64,000 nucleotides of DNA from a bacterium (GTDB lineage: Bacteria > Electryoneota > Electryoneia > Electryoneales > Electryoneaceae), in NCBI GenBank assembly GCA_963675295.2, contig CAXXKJ010000002.1, forward strand, positions 384,001 through 448,000. Direction: 5' to 3'. This document shows, piece by piece, positions 21,809-30,611 of this stretch. How positions within the stretch are numbered: position 1 is the first letter of the stretch; every line of letters starts with the position of its first letter. The notes beneath the pieces were generated by a model that was given only the letters and a program-made list of their open reading frames with translations, was not told the origin of the DNA and made no database searches. The translations under genes were made by a program, and so were the position numbers.

Positions 21809-24800
21809 CTAGTGATCCCGATCCGGTGCCGCGCTGATGTCGACCCCTTCCGGTAACGTCCCGCCCCACTGTTGCAGCAGACGTCCGGCTTCGCCGTCAT
21901 GCGGATTCCGTTCCAGCCACCGTTCGAGGGTCCGCTGCACCTTCTGCGAATCGTCCATGCTCTGGTATGCCTGCAGCAGGCTGCCGAACACTTCCCCGTT
22001 ATCCGGTTGTTCGTTGGCGAGCTCTTCGTACAGCGTCGCAGCCTTCTGGTATTCATCCAGCGTGAAGTAGAACGTGCCCAGGTCGAGCTTATCCTGTAGT
22101 GTCAGGTTGTTCCGCGATTCCATCTCGGTCAGCACTTCAGTGAGCCGGCCCATCATGCCCAGCCGTTCATAGATCGCCGCCGCGCCGAACAGCACGTCGA
22201 TGCTGTTGTCATCTTCCAGCACCTGTTGCACCAACTGATCCGTACGTGTCGAGTCGCCGGAGTATTCGCCGATGTAGTACGCGATCTGCAGCTGGCCGGA
22301 GATGTCGCCGCTGAGCTGTTCGATCGCATGCTCGAAATACTTCAGCCCGGCTGTGCTGTCGCCGAGTTCGTAGTAGATCCTCCCGATCTGCAGCGACACG
22401 TCCCGGTTGTTCTGCGGCACCGCATCCAGCGTGATGTACTCGTCCATCTTGCGCAACGTGAACAGTGCCTTTTCCGCCGGAGTCAGCTCGTCAAATCGTT
22501 GTTCCCACTGTTCGTCCGGCACGCCGCTCGGTGTCCGCACCCCGGACCGCTCCATCTCCCGGTAGTAGCTATACACCAGTTGCAGGAACCCGCTGCGGTA
22601 ATTCTGCAGCAGCTTGATCACGTTGTCGAAGTAATACACATCCGGGTTGTCGAGGTTGCGATAGTTGTCCTTATACGTTTCGAACAGGTTCTTCCGCAAC
22701 GCCGGTTCGTTGATCTCCGGCACTTCCTCGCTGTGCAGCCGGAATAGCAGACCTTCCATCGTCATGTAATCATCCAGCCCGACGAGGTTGCTGCCGGAAA
22801 CGGTCACCGCGAAGTAGATCGGCCGTTGCCACCGGTTCTGCTCGATGATGTGCAGAATCATGATGTCCTGCACCCGCAGGAAGTTCGGCTCACCCGGCTG
22901 TTCGCCTGGCATGCCGGTGGGGATGTGCATCGTCGCCGGCACTCGCCAGGTCATCGTGTCACCGCGTGCGCCGCGCACGCTCCACGTCTGCGCATCCGGC
23001 GGCCAGTACCGCGCCAGCAGGGCTTCGTCCGACAAGCCGGTCAATCGTTCGTCGATCATCCGGTCAGACAGCGAGATGGGCACTTTCGGCTCTTCATCCC
23101 GCAGCTGCTTGATGTACCAGTCGGTGTTCAACAGGCTGAGGTTGACCACACGGACATCCGTGCGAATTCCTTCCACCACCTGCAGGTACCACAACGGGAA
23201 GGTGTCGTTGTCACCGTTGGTGAAGATGATCGCGTCCTGCTCAGCGGTTTCCAGCATGTTGTGGCTGTAGTCCCAGGCGACAAAATTCCCCGCACGGCTG
23301 TGCGATTCATAATTCGCCAGCACCATGTTGATCGGCACCAGCACCGTGCATGCGATCACTGACCCGTACGCGAACACTTTCTTCAGGCTGGTGTTTTCCT
23401 TGTTCCGGATCATGTCCTCGAGGAACTCATACAGCGCCGCGACCCCCATCCCGATCCACAGGGAAAAGGCGAAGAATGAGCCGACGTAGGCGTAATCTCG
23501 CTCACGTGGCTGCGGGTTGTCCTGGTTCAGGTAGAACACAATCGCGATGCCGGTCATCAGGAACAGCAGCCCGACACTGAACGCCCGCTTCGGATCTCGC
23601 CAGAAATGCCAGATCATCCCCAGCAGCCCGAACAGGAACGGGAACACCAGCGGTTTTCCTTCCTCGCTGATGAAGTATTGCCACGACAAATACCGGATGT
23701 ACATCTGGTTGATCTGGTACTCCCACAACGGGGCGTTACGTTCGAGGATATGCAGCCGCAGCACATTGCCGCCGCCGAGTGGAATCAGCGCCGCGCCGTC
23801 GTCCTGCAACCGGCGGATCGTGTTCGCGGAATAGTTTTCCAGCGCCACCGGCCCGACCGCGCCGTACTGTTCACGGTTGAGGTACTTGATCAGCCGTTCC
23901 ACCGTGTCCGGCTGGTTTTCGTTGATCACCGGGTTGAGGTTGGAACGGACATAGATAATCGCGTAGGTCGAATAGCCAATCAACACCAGCACCAGGCTGG
24001 CGAGGATGATCGCCATCAGGCTGCGGCGTTTCCGGATCGCCCAGACGGTTCCGCCGATGATCACCAGCAGCACCAGCGCCTTCCAGATCACGCCGGCTTC
24101 CAGCAGCTTCGGAACACCACCGACCACGCCTGGATACACCACCAGGATCGCCGCCATCGAAATGGCCATCGCGATGATGAAGCCCTTCCATGTGAACTTG
24201 TATTTCTGGAAATACAGCAGCATGATGATCGGGCTCAACGCCAGCACGTTCAGCAGGTGAATCCCGATCGCGACGCCGACGAAATAGGAGATCAGCAACA
24301 AATATTTCGTTGCCATCGGGGTGTCATGCTGGTCCATCCACCGTACCGCGAGCCAGAACACCAGCGCGGTGAAAAACATCGAGATCGCGTACACCTCCGC
24401 CTCGACAGCATTAAACCAGAAGCTGTGGCTGAAGGCGAATGCGAGTGCGCCGGTAACACCGGAGCCGTAAAGCACCCACTTGTCGGCAGTGCTGGTTTCC
24501 GGCCCACGCCAGCGCCGAACCAGCCGTACCACGATCAGGTAGGTCAGCAGCACGGTCACCGCGCTGAGGATCACCGACAGCGCGTTGACACGCATGCCGA
24601 TGTCCGGCAGCGGCATGAACAGGCTCATCATCCGGCCGAGGATCAGATAAAAAGGTGCGCCGGGCGGGTGGGGGACGCCCATGGAATAGGAACAGGCGAT
24701 GAACTCACCACAGTCCCAGAACGATGTGGTCGGCGCCATGGTGCTGAAGTACAGAATCAGGGCCAGCAGTAGCACGGCACCGGCGATAATCCGATGGACG

Positions 24801-24922
24801 CGCGGATTGACAGATGTGCCCGAAAGGGCCGGGCGCGGGTCGCTCACAAGTGTTTCCTCGGCAAAATGGACAAGACTGGTAATATCACGCCCTTGGTTGG
24901 CGGGAGCAAGGCTCTCCGGCAT
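21809..24922 (-). CDS. DUF2723/TMEM260-like membrane glycosyltransferase with C-terminal TPR
   Basis: SFWDCGEFI, HPPGAP, AVEAEVYA, RERDYAY, GDNDTFPLWY. Confidence 0.9.
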   Translation of the reverse strand: MPESLAPANQGRDITSLVHFAEETLVSDPRPALSGTSVNPRVHRIIAGAVLLLALILYFSTMAPTTSFWDCGEFIACSYSMGVPHPPGAPFYLILGRMMSLFMPLPDIGMRVNALSVILSAVTVLLTYLIVVRLVRRWRGPETSTADKWVLYGSGVTGALAFAFSHSFWFNAVEAEVYAISMFFTALVFWLAVRWMDQHDTPMATKYLLLISYFVGVAIGIHLLNVLALSPIIMLLYFQKYKFTWKGFIIAMAISMAAILVVYPGVVGGVPKLLEAGVIWKALVLLVIIGGTVWAIRKRRSLMAIILASLVLVLIGYSTYAIIYVRSNLNPVINENQPDTVERLIKYLNREQYGAVGPVALENYSANTIRRLQDDGAALIPLGGGNVLRLHILERNAPLWEYQINQMYIRYLSWQYFISEEGKPLVFPFLFGLLGMIWHFWRDPKRAFSVGLLFLMTGIAIVFYLNQDNPQPRERDYAYVGSFFAFSLWIGMGVAALYEFLEDMIRNKENTSLKKVFAYGSVIACTVLVPINMVLANYESHSRAGNFVAWDYSHNMLETAEQDAIIFTNGDNDTFPLWYLQVVEGIRTDVRVVNLSLLNTDWYIKQLRDEEPKVPISLSDRMIDERLTGLSDEALLARYWPPDAQTWSVRGARGDTMTWRVPATMHIPTGMPGEQPGEPNFLRVQDIMILHIIEQNRWQRPIYFAVTVSGSNLVGLDDYMTMEGLLFRLHSEEVPEINEPALRKNLFETYKDNYRNLDNPDVYYFDNVIKLLQNYRSGFLQLVYSYYREMERSGVRTPSGVPDEQWEQRFDELTPAEKALFTLRKMDEYITLDAVPQNNRDVSLQIGRIYYELGDSTAGLKYFEHAIEQLSGDISGQLQIAYYIGEYSGDSTRTDQLVQQVLEDDNSIDVLFGAAAIYERLGMMGRLTEVLTEMESRNNLTLQDKLDLGTFYFTLDEYQKAATLYEELANEQPDNGEVFGSLLQAYQSMDDSQKVQRTLERWLERNPHDGEAGRLLQQWGGTLPEGVDISAAPDRDH

Positions 24923-25029
24923 GTCGCACTCGCGGTGCTTGCATAGTCAACATGCCGTTGAACACGCCCCTGTGACCCGCCGGGCTGTTTCGGCGGTTCG
25001 CAGGGCGACTCCGCAAGTACTCGACGGAG

Positions 25030-25372
25030 CGTATGCCCCGACGGCAGAAGGGCTCGTCGGGCTGATCCACCCGTTCAATCTCTGAGGTGGCTCGTCCGCC
25101 GGTACCCACCCCGATGCCCGCGGGAGCTTCTGTATGCTACCGCGGCTCATCCGTCAAACGATGCAGTGAGGTCAATCTGCAGGGCCAGGCGCGATTGCAT
25201 GGACCCGAGAGACGAAAGACATTTGCATGGACCCGAGAGACGAAAGCTAAGAGACAAGAGACGGATTCCCCTGGTGCCCGTGATTGTCCGCCGGTCTGTT
25301 TCGGCGGCTATCGCGGGTCAACCGTTCACGCCATGCGTCCCCTCAACCACCGACCACCGACCACAGATAACC
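25030..25372. repeat. REP-like hairpins, a 24-bp direct repeat and a 7-mer repeat
   Basis: TTGCATGGACCCGAGAGACGAAAG twice; ACCACCG repeats. Confidence 0.75.
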
Positions 25373-25480
25373 GCCTTCACGCCACCGCCCCTCCTCGCCG
25401 GGCGTTGTACGCCCGCTGAGCTCCGACTACTTTAAAAGGAGATACGCGGAAGTATACGGACGGTTCGCACGGAGTCTCTG

Positions 25481-26974
25481 GTGAGAGGTCGAGTACTGAT
25501 CGAGCTGATGCTCGCGTTGTTGGTTGGAGTCGGATCCGCCCTCGCGGATGCGGACGGTCCTCCGGACGGATTCGCTGGCAACCCGCCGAACATGACCACC
25601 TGCATCGCCTGCCACGACACCTATCCGCTCAACAGCGGGATCGGCGGCGTGCTGCCCGGCGGGATCTCCACCCAGTACATCCCCAGCCACTTGTACAACC
25701 TCAACGTGCTCGTCGGCTATGTCGGCCGCGAACACTGGGGCTACCAGATGACGATCCTCAACGCCGACGGCGAATCGGCGGGGATCTTTCTGCACGCCGA
25801 CAGCTTGAGCACCATTTCCGACCATCCCGTCCCTGAGCAGGATTTCATCGGCCAGAGCGAGCTCGGTGTCTTACCGGGTCAGGAATACGCACGTTGGTAT
25901 TTCGACTGGTATTCCCCGCCGGAGGATTCCGGTCCGCTGACGTTGTACGTCGTCGGTGTGGCCGCGGACGGTGACGGCACTCCGGCCAACGACTACGTCT
26001 ACGCCTATTCCGCGGCCTTGCAGGAAATCAGCGGCGGATTTTCCGGCCCGGCAGCCTACACCGACACCACCCGGCACGATTACCGCCTTGTCCCGGTCAA
26101 CACCACCCGCAGCTGGACCGAACGGCTGTACAGCGTGGGCACGGACAACCTTGTCATCAACGGCTGGGACTGGTTCAACGACCAGTATTTTACGGTGCTC
26201 GAGCCCGCCGGCCCGATCACCCTCGTACCCGGCGACTGGACCGATGTCACCATCGAGTTCGCGCCCGTGCTGACCGGATCGTGGTCCGACAGCCTGTGGT
26301 TTGATTTCGCGGGTAACGTTGACTTCGGCGCGTTCGCCGTTCAGGGACGCGGCACCTTCCCGTTGCCACCAGAGGAATTTCACCTCGTGTCGCCGGAAGA
26401 TGGGGAGCACGTCGCCGGCGATTCCCTGCGTTTCCACTGGACCCCGACCACCAACCCGGACTCGTCGAACACCGTCGTCGATTTCGCCGTCGAAATCGAC
26501 ACCGAATCCGATTTCAGCAGCAGCATGTTCTACGAAGCCGGGCACGACACCACGCTAGCCCTGCCGATGGTTGAATTTCAGTTAAATGATCTCTATTTCT
26601 GGCGGGTGCTGGCACGGGATACGAACACCGGGGGCCGGTATTCGGACGAGGAGTGGGTGTTTATCCCGAGTCTCTCGGCGGTCATCGAAACGGGGCCATC
26701 CGCGCGGACGGACAGCCCCATTCGTGTGAACACCTGGCCGAATCCATCAAACGACCGGGCGGTGGTTACTTTCGAGCTCCCCCGTGCCATGCCGGTGGAG
26801 GTGGCGGTGTATGATATCGCTGGCCGCCTCGTATCGGTTCTCCACTCGGGTCCGATGGCCGCGGGACGGCAAACCATTGTCTGGACGGGAACTCATCCGA
26901 GTGGCCTCTACTTGCTCCGTCTGACTGCTCCAGGTATTTCGCCCGTGCACGCGAAAATGATCGTGCTGAAGTAG
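25481..26974 (+). CDS. Secreted Reeler-like (choice-of-anchor V) protein with CxxCH, Ig/FN3-like domains and C-terminal sorting domain
   Basis: GPPDGFAGNP..TCIACH, FDW.SP, AADGDG; PNPSN C-terminal domain. Confidence 0.8.
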   Translation: MRGRVLIELMLALLVGVGSALADADGPPDGFAGNPPNMTTCIACHDTYPLNSGIGGVLPGGISTQYIPSHLYNLNVLVGYVGREHWGYQMTILNADGESAGIFLHADSLSTISDHPVPEQDFIGQSELGVLPGQEYARWYFDWYSPPEDSGPLTLYVVGVAADGDGTPANDYVYAYSAALQEISGGFSGPAAYTDTTRHDYRLVPVNTTRSWTERLYSVGTDNLVINGWDWFNDQYFTVLEPAGPITLVPGDWTDVTIEFAPVLTGSWSDSLWFDFAGNVDFGAFAVQGRGTFPLPPEEFHLVSPEDGEHVAGDSLRFHWTPTTNPDSSNTVVDFAVEIDTESDFSSSMFYEAGHDTTLALPMVEFQLNDLYFWRVLARDTNTGGRYSDEEWVFIPSLSAVIETGPSARTDSPIRVNTWPNPSNDRAVVTFELPRAMPVEVAVYDIAGRLVSVLHSGPMAAGRQTIVWTGTHPSGLYLLRLTAPGISPVHAKMIVLK

Positions 26975-27500
26975 AGCGTTCGCCGAGCTGGTTGAAGTAA
27001 TCGCGGCCGTTTACCCAGCCAGACGGTGGGAAATCCTTGTCGTAGTCGAAGCTGCGTCCACGCGCGAATGGCGCACGCGGCACAAGCCGTTCGCCCTGCA
27101 TCGGCACCAGGTTGCCGTCTTCGTCCAGCACGAACGTCTTCCCGTTGCTCGGATAGGTGTACGTGCGCGACGTTCCGTCGATATACTGCACCGTGAAGTC
27201 GCCCTCACCGTCCTCGGCGTCCATCACCTGAATCTCGCTCTCGCCGATGGTGGTGGTCACGCTCGTACCATTCCCCGAGACCGCAACCGCGCCGGACGTT
27301 CCCCCCGAACCGGTGGAATAACTGTAGCTGTAGCTTCCGTCCGCTTCGGTGGCCGCCTCAGACGTGGACGAGCCGCTGACGGACTGCGACCTCGACGAGC
27401 TGCTGACGGCGGTGCTGGAGCTCGAGGACGTGCCCGCGCAGGCGACGAACAGGACCGCCACGAACACCGTCACCACTGGTAGCCAGACTGCTTTTCTCAT
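26766..27500 (-). CDS. Ser-rich hypothetical lipoprotein; 3' end uncertain
   Basis: Lipobox FVAC; overlaps the convergent gene by about 209 nt. Confidence 0.6.
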   Translation of the reverse strand: MRKAVWLPVVTVFVAVLFVACAGTSSSSSTAVSSSSRSQSVSGSSTSEAATEADGSYSYSYSTGSGGTSGAVAVSGNGTSVTTTIGESEIQVMDAEDGEGDFTVQYIDGTSRTYTYPSNGKTFVLDEDGNLVPMQGERLVPRAPFARGRSFDYDKDFPPSGWVNGRDYFNQLGERSTSARSFSRARAKYLEQSDGASRGHSDEFPSRQWFAVPRPSDPSGEPIRGGQRYHTPPPPPAWHGGARK

Positions 27501-27599
27501 CCTGCCCTCCGGACTTCCTGACCCGTTACACAGGCTACGACAACCGCCACACGGATTTGTTACAGCCCGTCACGTCTGATTCTCGAGAGCCCGGTGCCC

Positions 27600-27750
27600 T
27601 GGTGCCCCTGATGGCTCCGCCAGCAGGGATTATTCGCAGATGGTGTATTCGGGTCCGTGTGGCCCGGCTTGGTCTGTGTGGCCAATTGGTCGTGTGTCCA
27701 AGCGGTCGAGTGCCCCGACGGCAGAAGAGCTCGTCGGGATTATCCACCCT
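27600..27750. repeat. REP-like hairpins
   Basis: GTGCCCCTGATGGCTCCGCCAGCAGGG and TGCCCCGAC..GTCGGG. Confidence 0.75.
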
Positions 27751-27773
27751 TGGATCTCAGCCCGCAGCCCGTT

Positions 27774-28364
27774 TTACAGCGCCGCCCTAAGGTGACTCAT
27801 GGTCAGATCGTCCCCGCCGGCGTCATCGAACCACCGCACAACACGCCAGCCACCGTCCTGCTCCCGTTTCAGGGTCAGGTCGGCGACACCTGCGTACAAA
27901 CGTGGCAGGGTCTCGTTGGCTGGTGCGATCTCGAGAGTGTAGCTCTCACGGAACACGGCGGAGTCGGCGAACGACACTTCCTCGATCGGGGTGAAGGTCA
28001 GCGTGGCCGTCGAATCCGGCGGCAGCAGGGTGGAGGAAAGCAGCGACCGGATGAACACATCCTCGCGGGTGTAGGTCCAGTCGTCGAAATAAGCGGGGTC
28101 TTCGGAGAATGCGGACGGCGTCGCGGCAAACTCGAACGTCTCGGAGATCGCCGTCAGGTACAGGTTCGGATCGTGCAACGTGATCGCGGATTCCAGCTGG
28201 ATCAATGCTTCGGTCGGGCTGAGCGCGAGGTTGTCGGACGCCTGCGAGCCTGTCGGCGACTCCGGATCCCGCGTTTCGAATAACCCACATCCGCTCACCA
28301 CCACCAGCAGCAGCATGGTTCCCGCCAGCCGCACGACCCGAGCGGCCCGTGCCCGTGGAATCAT
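27774..28364 (-). CDS. Hypothetical lipoprotein (possibly NTF2-like)
   Basis: SGCGLFETRDPE lipobox region; WRVVRWFD at the C-terminus. Confidence 0.7.
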   Translation of the reverse strand: MIPRARAARVVRLAGTMLLLVVVSGCGLFETRDPESPTGSQASDNLALSPTEALIQLESAITLHDPNLYLTAISETFEFAATPSAFSEDPAYFDDWTYTREDVFIRSLLSSTLLPPDSTATLTFTPIEEVSFADSAVFRESYTLEIAPANETLPRLYAGVADLTLKREQDGGWRVVRWFDDAGGDDLTMSHLRAAL

Positions 28365-28519
28365 GCGTATGCCACACCGCGTGCGGTCAGCCTGCTTTCC
28401 ACCATGCCCGGCTGGAAAGTGTGTTGTCCATGTTCTCTTCATGACATCAAGATACACAACAAAACCCGCGCACCTCGAAATCCTGTTCTCCTTCCCCCAG
28501 AATCCGTGTGACAACCAAT

Positions 28520-28665
28520 CGTGCCCCAGACATTCATGTCTGGGCTCTTCCACCCGTTCAATACCCTATGCCCGCTGGAGCTTCCGTATGCTACCGCGGC
28601 TCATCCACCATCGAACAGAATGGTGACAATCACGTGCCCCTGATGGCTCCGCCAGCAGGGCTCAT
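28520..28665. repeat. REP-like palindrome cluster
   Basis: Three TGCCC-initiated hairpins. Confidence 0.8.
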
Positions 28666-28782
28666 CTGACTTTCCCCCACGAGCGCAAATCGGCGTACAG
28701 GTTCGATGTCTGTTCCGGAATTATCCCACGACTGGTTTTTCTCTGCTATATTACTGACAATCGCACTCAGGAGGACGATCCA

Positions 28783-30528
28783 ATGAAACGCATCACCGCC
28801 ACGCTTCTCGCCCTGTTCGTGATCCCCTTGTTTCTACCTACAGTCACCTACGCCGACTTCGCCGAACTCGCCTGGTCACAAGCGTTCTTTGTCGAGGACG
28901 GCCGAGATGTCGCCGAAAAAGTGACCGACACAACAAGCGGTCAAACAATCGTTGTTGGCCAGGGCCGGTTGCCGGACGGTGTCGAAATGCTGTGCCTTAC
29001 ATACATTTCCGAGGGGGGTGAATTTGAGCACACGCAGTATGCCGGCCTTTGGTATGAGGATGAGTACGCGGATTTTGGCATCATGGAGCTGACTTGGGAT
29101 CTGAACAGCGGGGTGTTTGCTATCTATGCCGCGGACCTCGGCGCGTGGTTTCCAACTTACTATTATACCGCAAGACTTAATCCCGGTGGCAATCCGAGAG
29201 AACTAACCTACTACGATGGTCTTTCCGTACGGGATATGGTAACCAATAGTGAGGGATATACGATCCTGATGGAAGAAATGTCCTTTGCCAGCGATCATAC
29301 TGTAGAACTTTATCACTACAACCCGACTTCACAGCGAACCTGGCATCGCCAACTCGCTGATTGGGGGCAAAATACACGTGCGTATGGCACAGCGCAGTTT
29401 AGCTCAGAAACACAGCCCCACGCCGCAGTACTTAGCACCGAGGGGATCCACCTCTTCACATCATCGGGCGATTCAATCCGCCATATCGCGCGAGACTCAT
29501 TCCTCGAAGCAAGGAACATTCTTCCCGGCCCGCACGGTACAGCTTACCTCATTGAGGACGAATCGTTAGCAAAAATTTCACCACAGGGCGAAATCCTCTG
29601 GCGTCGCGACGGGTACGACTGGGACGGTCCGTTAGACCAGATATTCGCTTTGCCTGAATTCGGGATTGTCAACGTTGACTATGAAGATGCCACTCTCCGT
29701 GTCTACCTGTACAATTTGAACGGGACGCGCCTGCTCCATACGTCAATTCACGTGTCAGGCTACCATCGGTGGTGGGATCTTCATGACGTCAGGCCGACGA
29801 TTGACCAGCGCGGTTTTGTCTACTGTGGTAGCCAGGATCGGGTAAACGGTCGCGTTGGCAAGATTCAGATGAATCCGGTCAGCGTAAATGTCGTACACTA
29901 TGGGGACACTCCTGAAATCCCGCATGAAGGCGGCTCACTGCAGCTGCACACCGTCATGCTCAACCTGGCAGATCCCCTTACCGTGGACGCCTGGATTGAT
30001 ATCGAATACCTGCCAACTGGCGAAACGACAACGCTGTTGGTCGAAGAAGGGTTGACATTGCCGCATGGCAAGCGGACGCGAAACCCATCGATCCAGATTC
30101 CATCGGACATGCCAACAGGAGAATACCGTGCGCATGTCATGATTGGCGATTATCTGGCTGGCCCCATAAACCGGTCCAGCCTGCGCTTTACCAAGACAAA
30201 TGACGGCGGCGATCTGGTGGAAGAGAGGGTTGCCGGTGCTGACTCGGCAATCCAGCAGCAATCGTCCGGTGAGCTGCTGGATGATGTTCACCCGAACCCG
30301 TTCAACGCGACCACATCCTGCACGGTCAAGTTGAATCAAGCCGGTCAACTTCGAGTTGCGATCTTTGACGTGCTGGGCCGCGAGGTGGCGAACCTGGCGG
30401 ACGGTTCCTTTCAGGCAGGCCGTCACACGTTCACCTGGGACGCAAACCCCTATCCAACCGGCATGTACCTGCTCCGGGTTTCGACTGCTTCGCTGACAGA
30501 GGTACACAAGCTACTGCTACAGAAGTAA
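28783..30528 (+). CDS. Secreted protein with C-terminal sorting domain
   Basis: AGGAGG RBS, signal peptide, HPNPFNATT C-terminal domain. Confidence 0.8.
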   Translation: MKRITATLLALFVIPLFLPTVTYADFAELAWSQAFFVEDGRDVAEKVTDTTSGQTIVVGQGRLPDGVEMLCLTYISEGGEFEHTQYAGLWYEDEYADFGIMELTWDLNSGVFAIYAADLGAWFPTYYYTARLNPGGNPRELTYYDGLSVRDMVTNSEGYTILMEEMSFASDHTVELYHYNPTSQRTWHRQLADWGQNTRAYGTAQFSSETQPHAAVLSTEGIHLFTSSGDSIRHIARDSFLEARNILPGPHGTAYLIEDESLAKISPQGEILWRRDGYDWDGPLDQIFALPEFGIVNVDYEDATLRVYLYNLNGTRLLHTSIHVSGYHRWWDLHDVRPTIDQRGFVYCGSQDRVNGRVGKIQMNPVSVNVVHYGDTPEIPHEGGSLQLHTVMLNLADPLTVDAWIDIEYLPTGETTTLLVEEGLTLPHGKRTRNPSIQIPSDMPTGEYRAHVMIGDYLAGPINRSSLRFTKTNDGGDLVEERVAGADSAIQQQSSGELLDDVHPNPFNATTSCTVKLNQAGQLRVAIFDVLGREVANLADGSFQAGRHTFTWDANPYPTGMYLLRVSTASLTEVHKLLLQK

Positions 30529-30611
30529 TTACACCCCATCGTCCCCACCAAAAAAAACGCGCCCGGTGGATAATCGACCAGACGCGTAATGTCTCCTGAC
30601 ACGAAGCGGCA

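Noticed and set aside
25195-25246. 24-bp direct repeat as a mini-CRISPR
   Set aside because: Only two copies, about 4 nt apart
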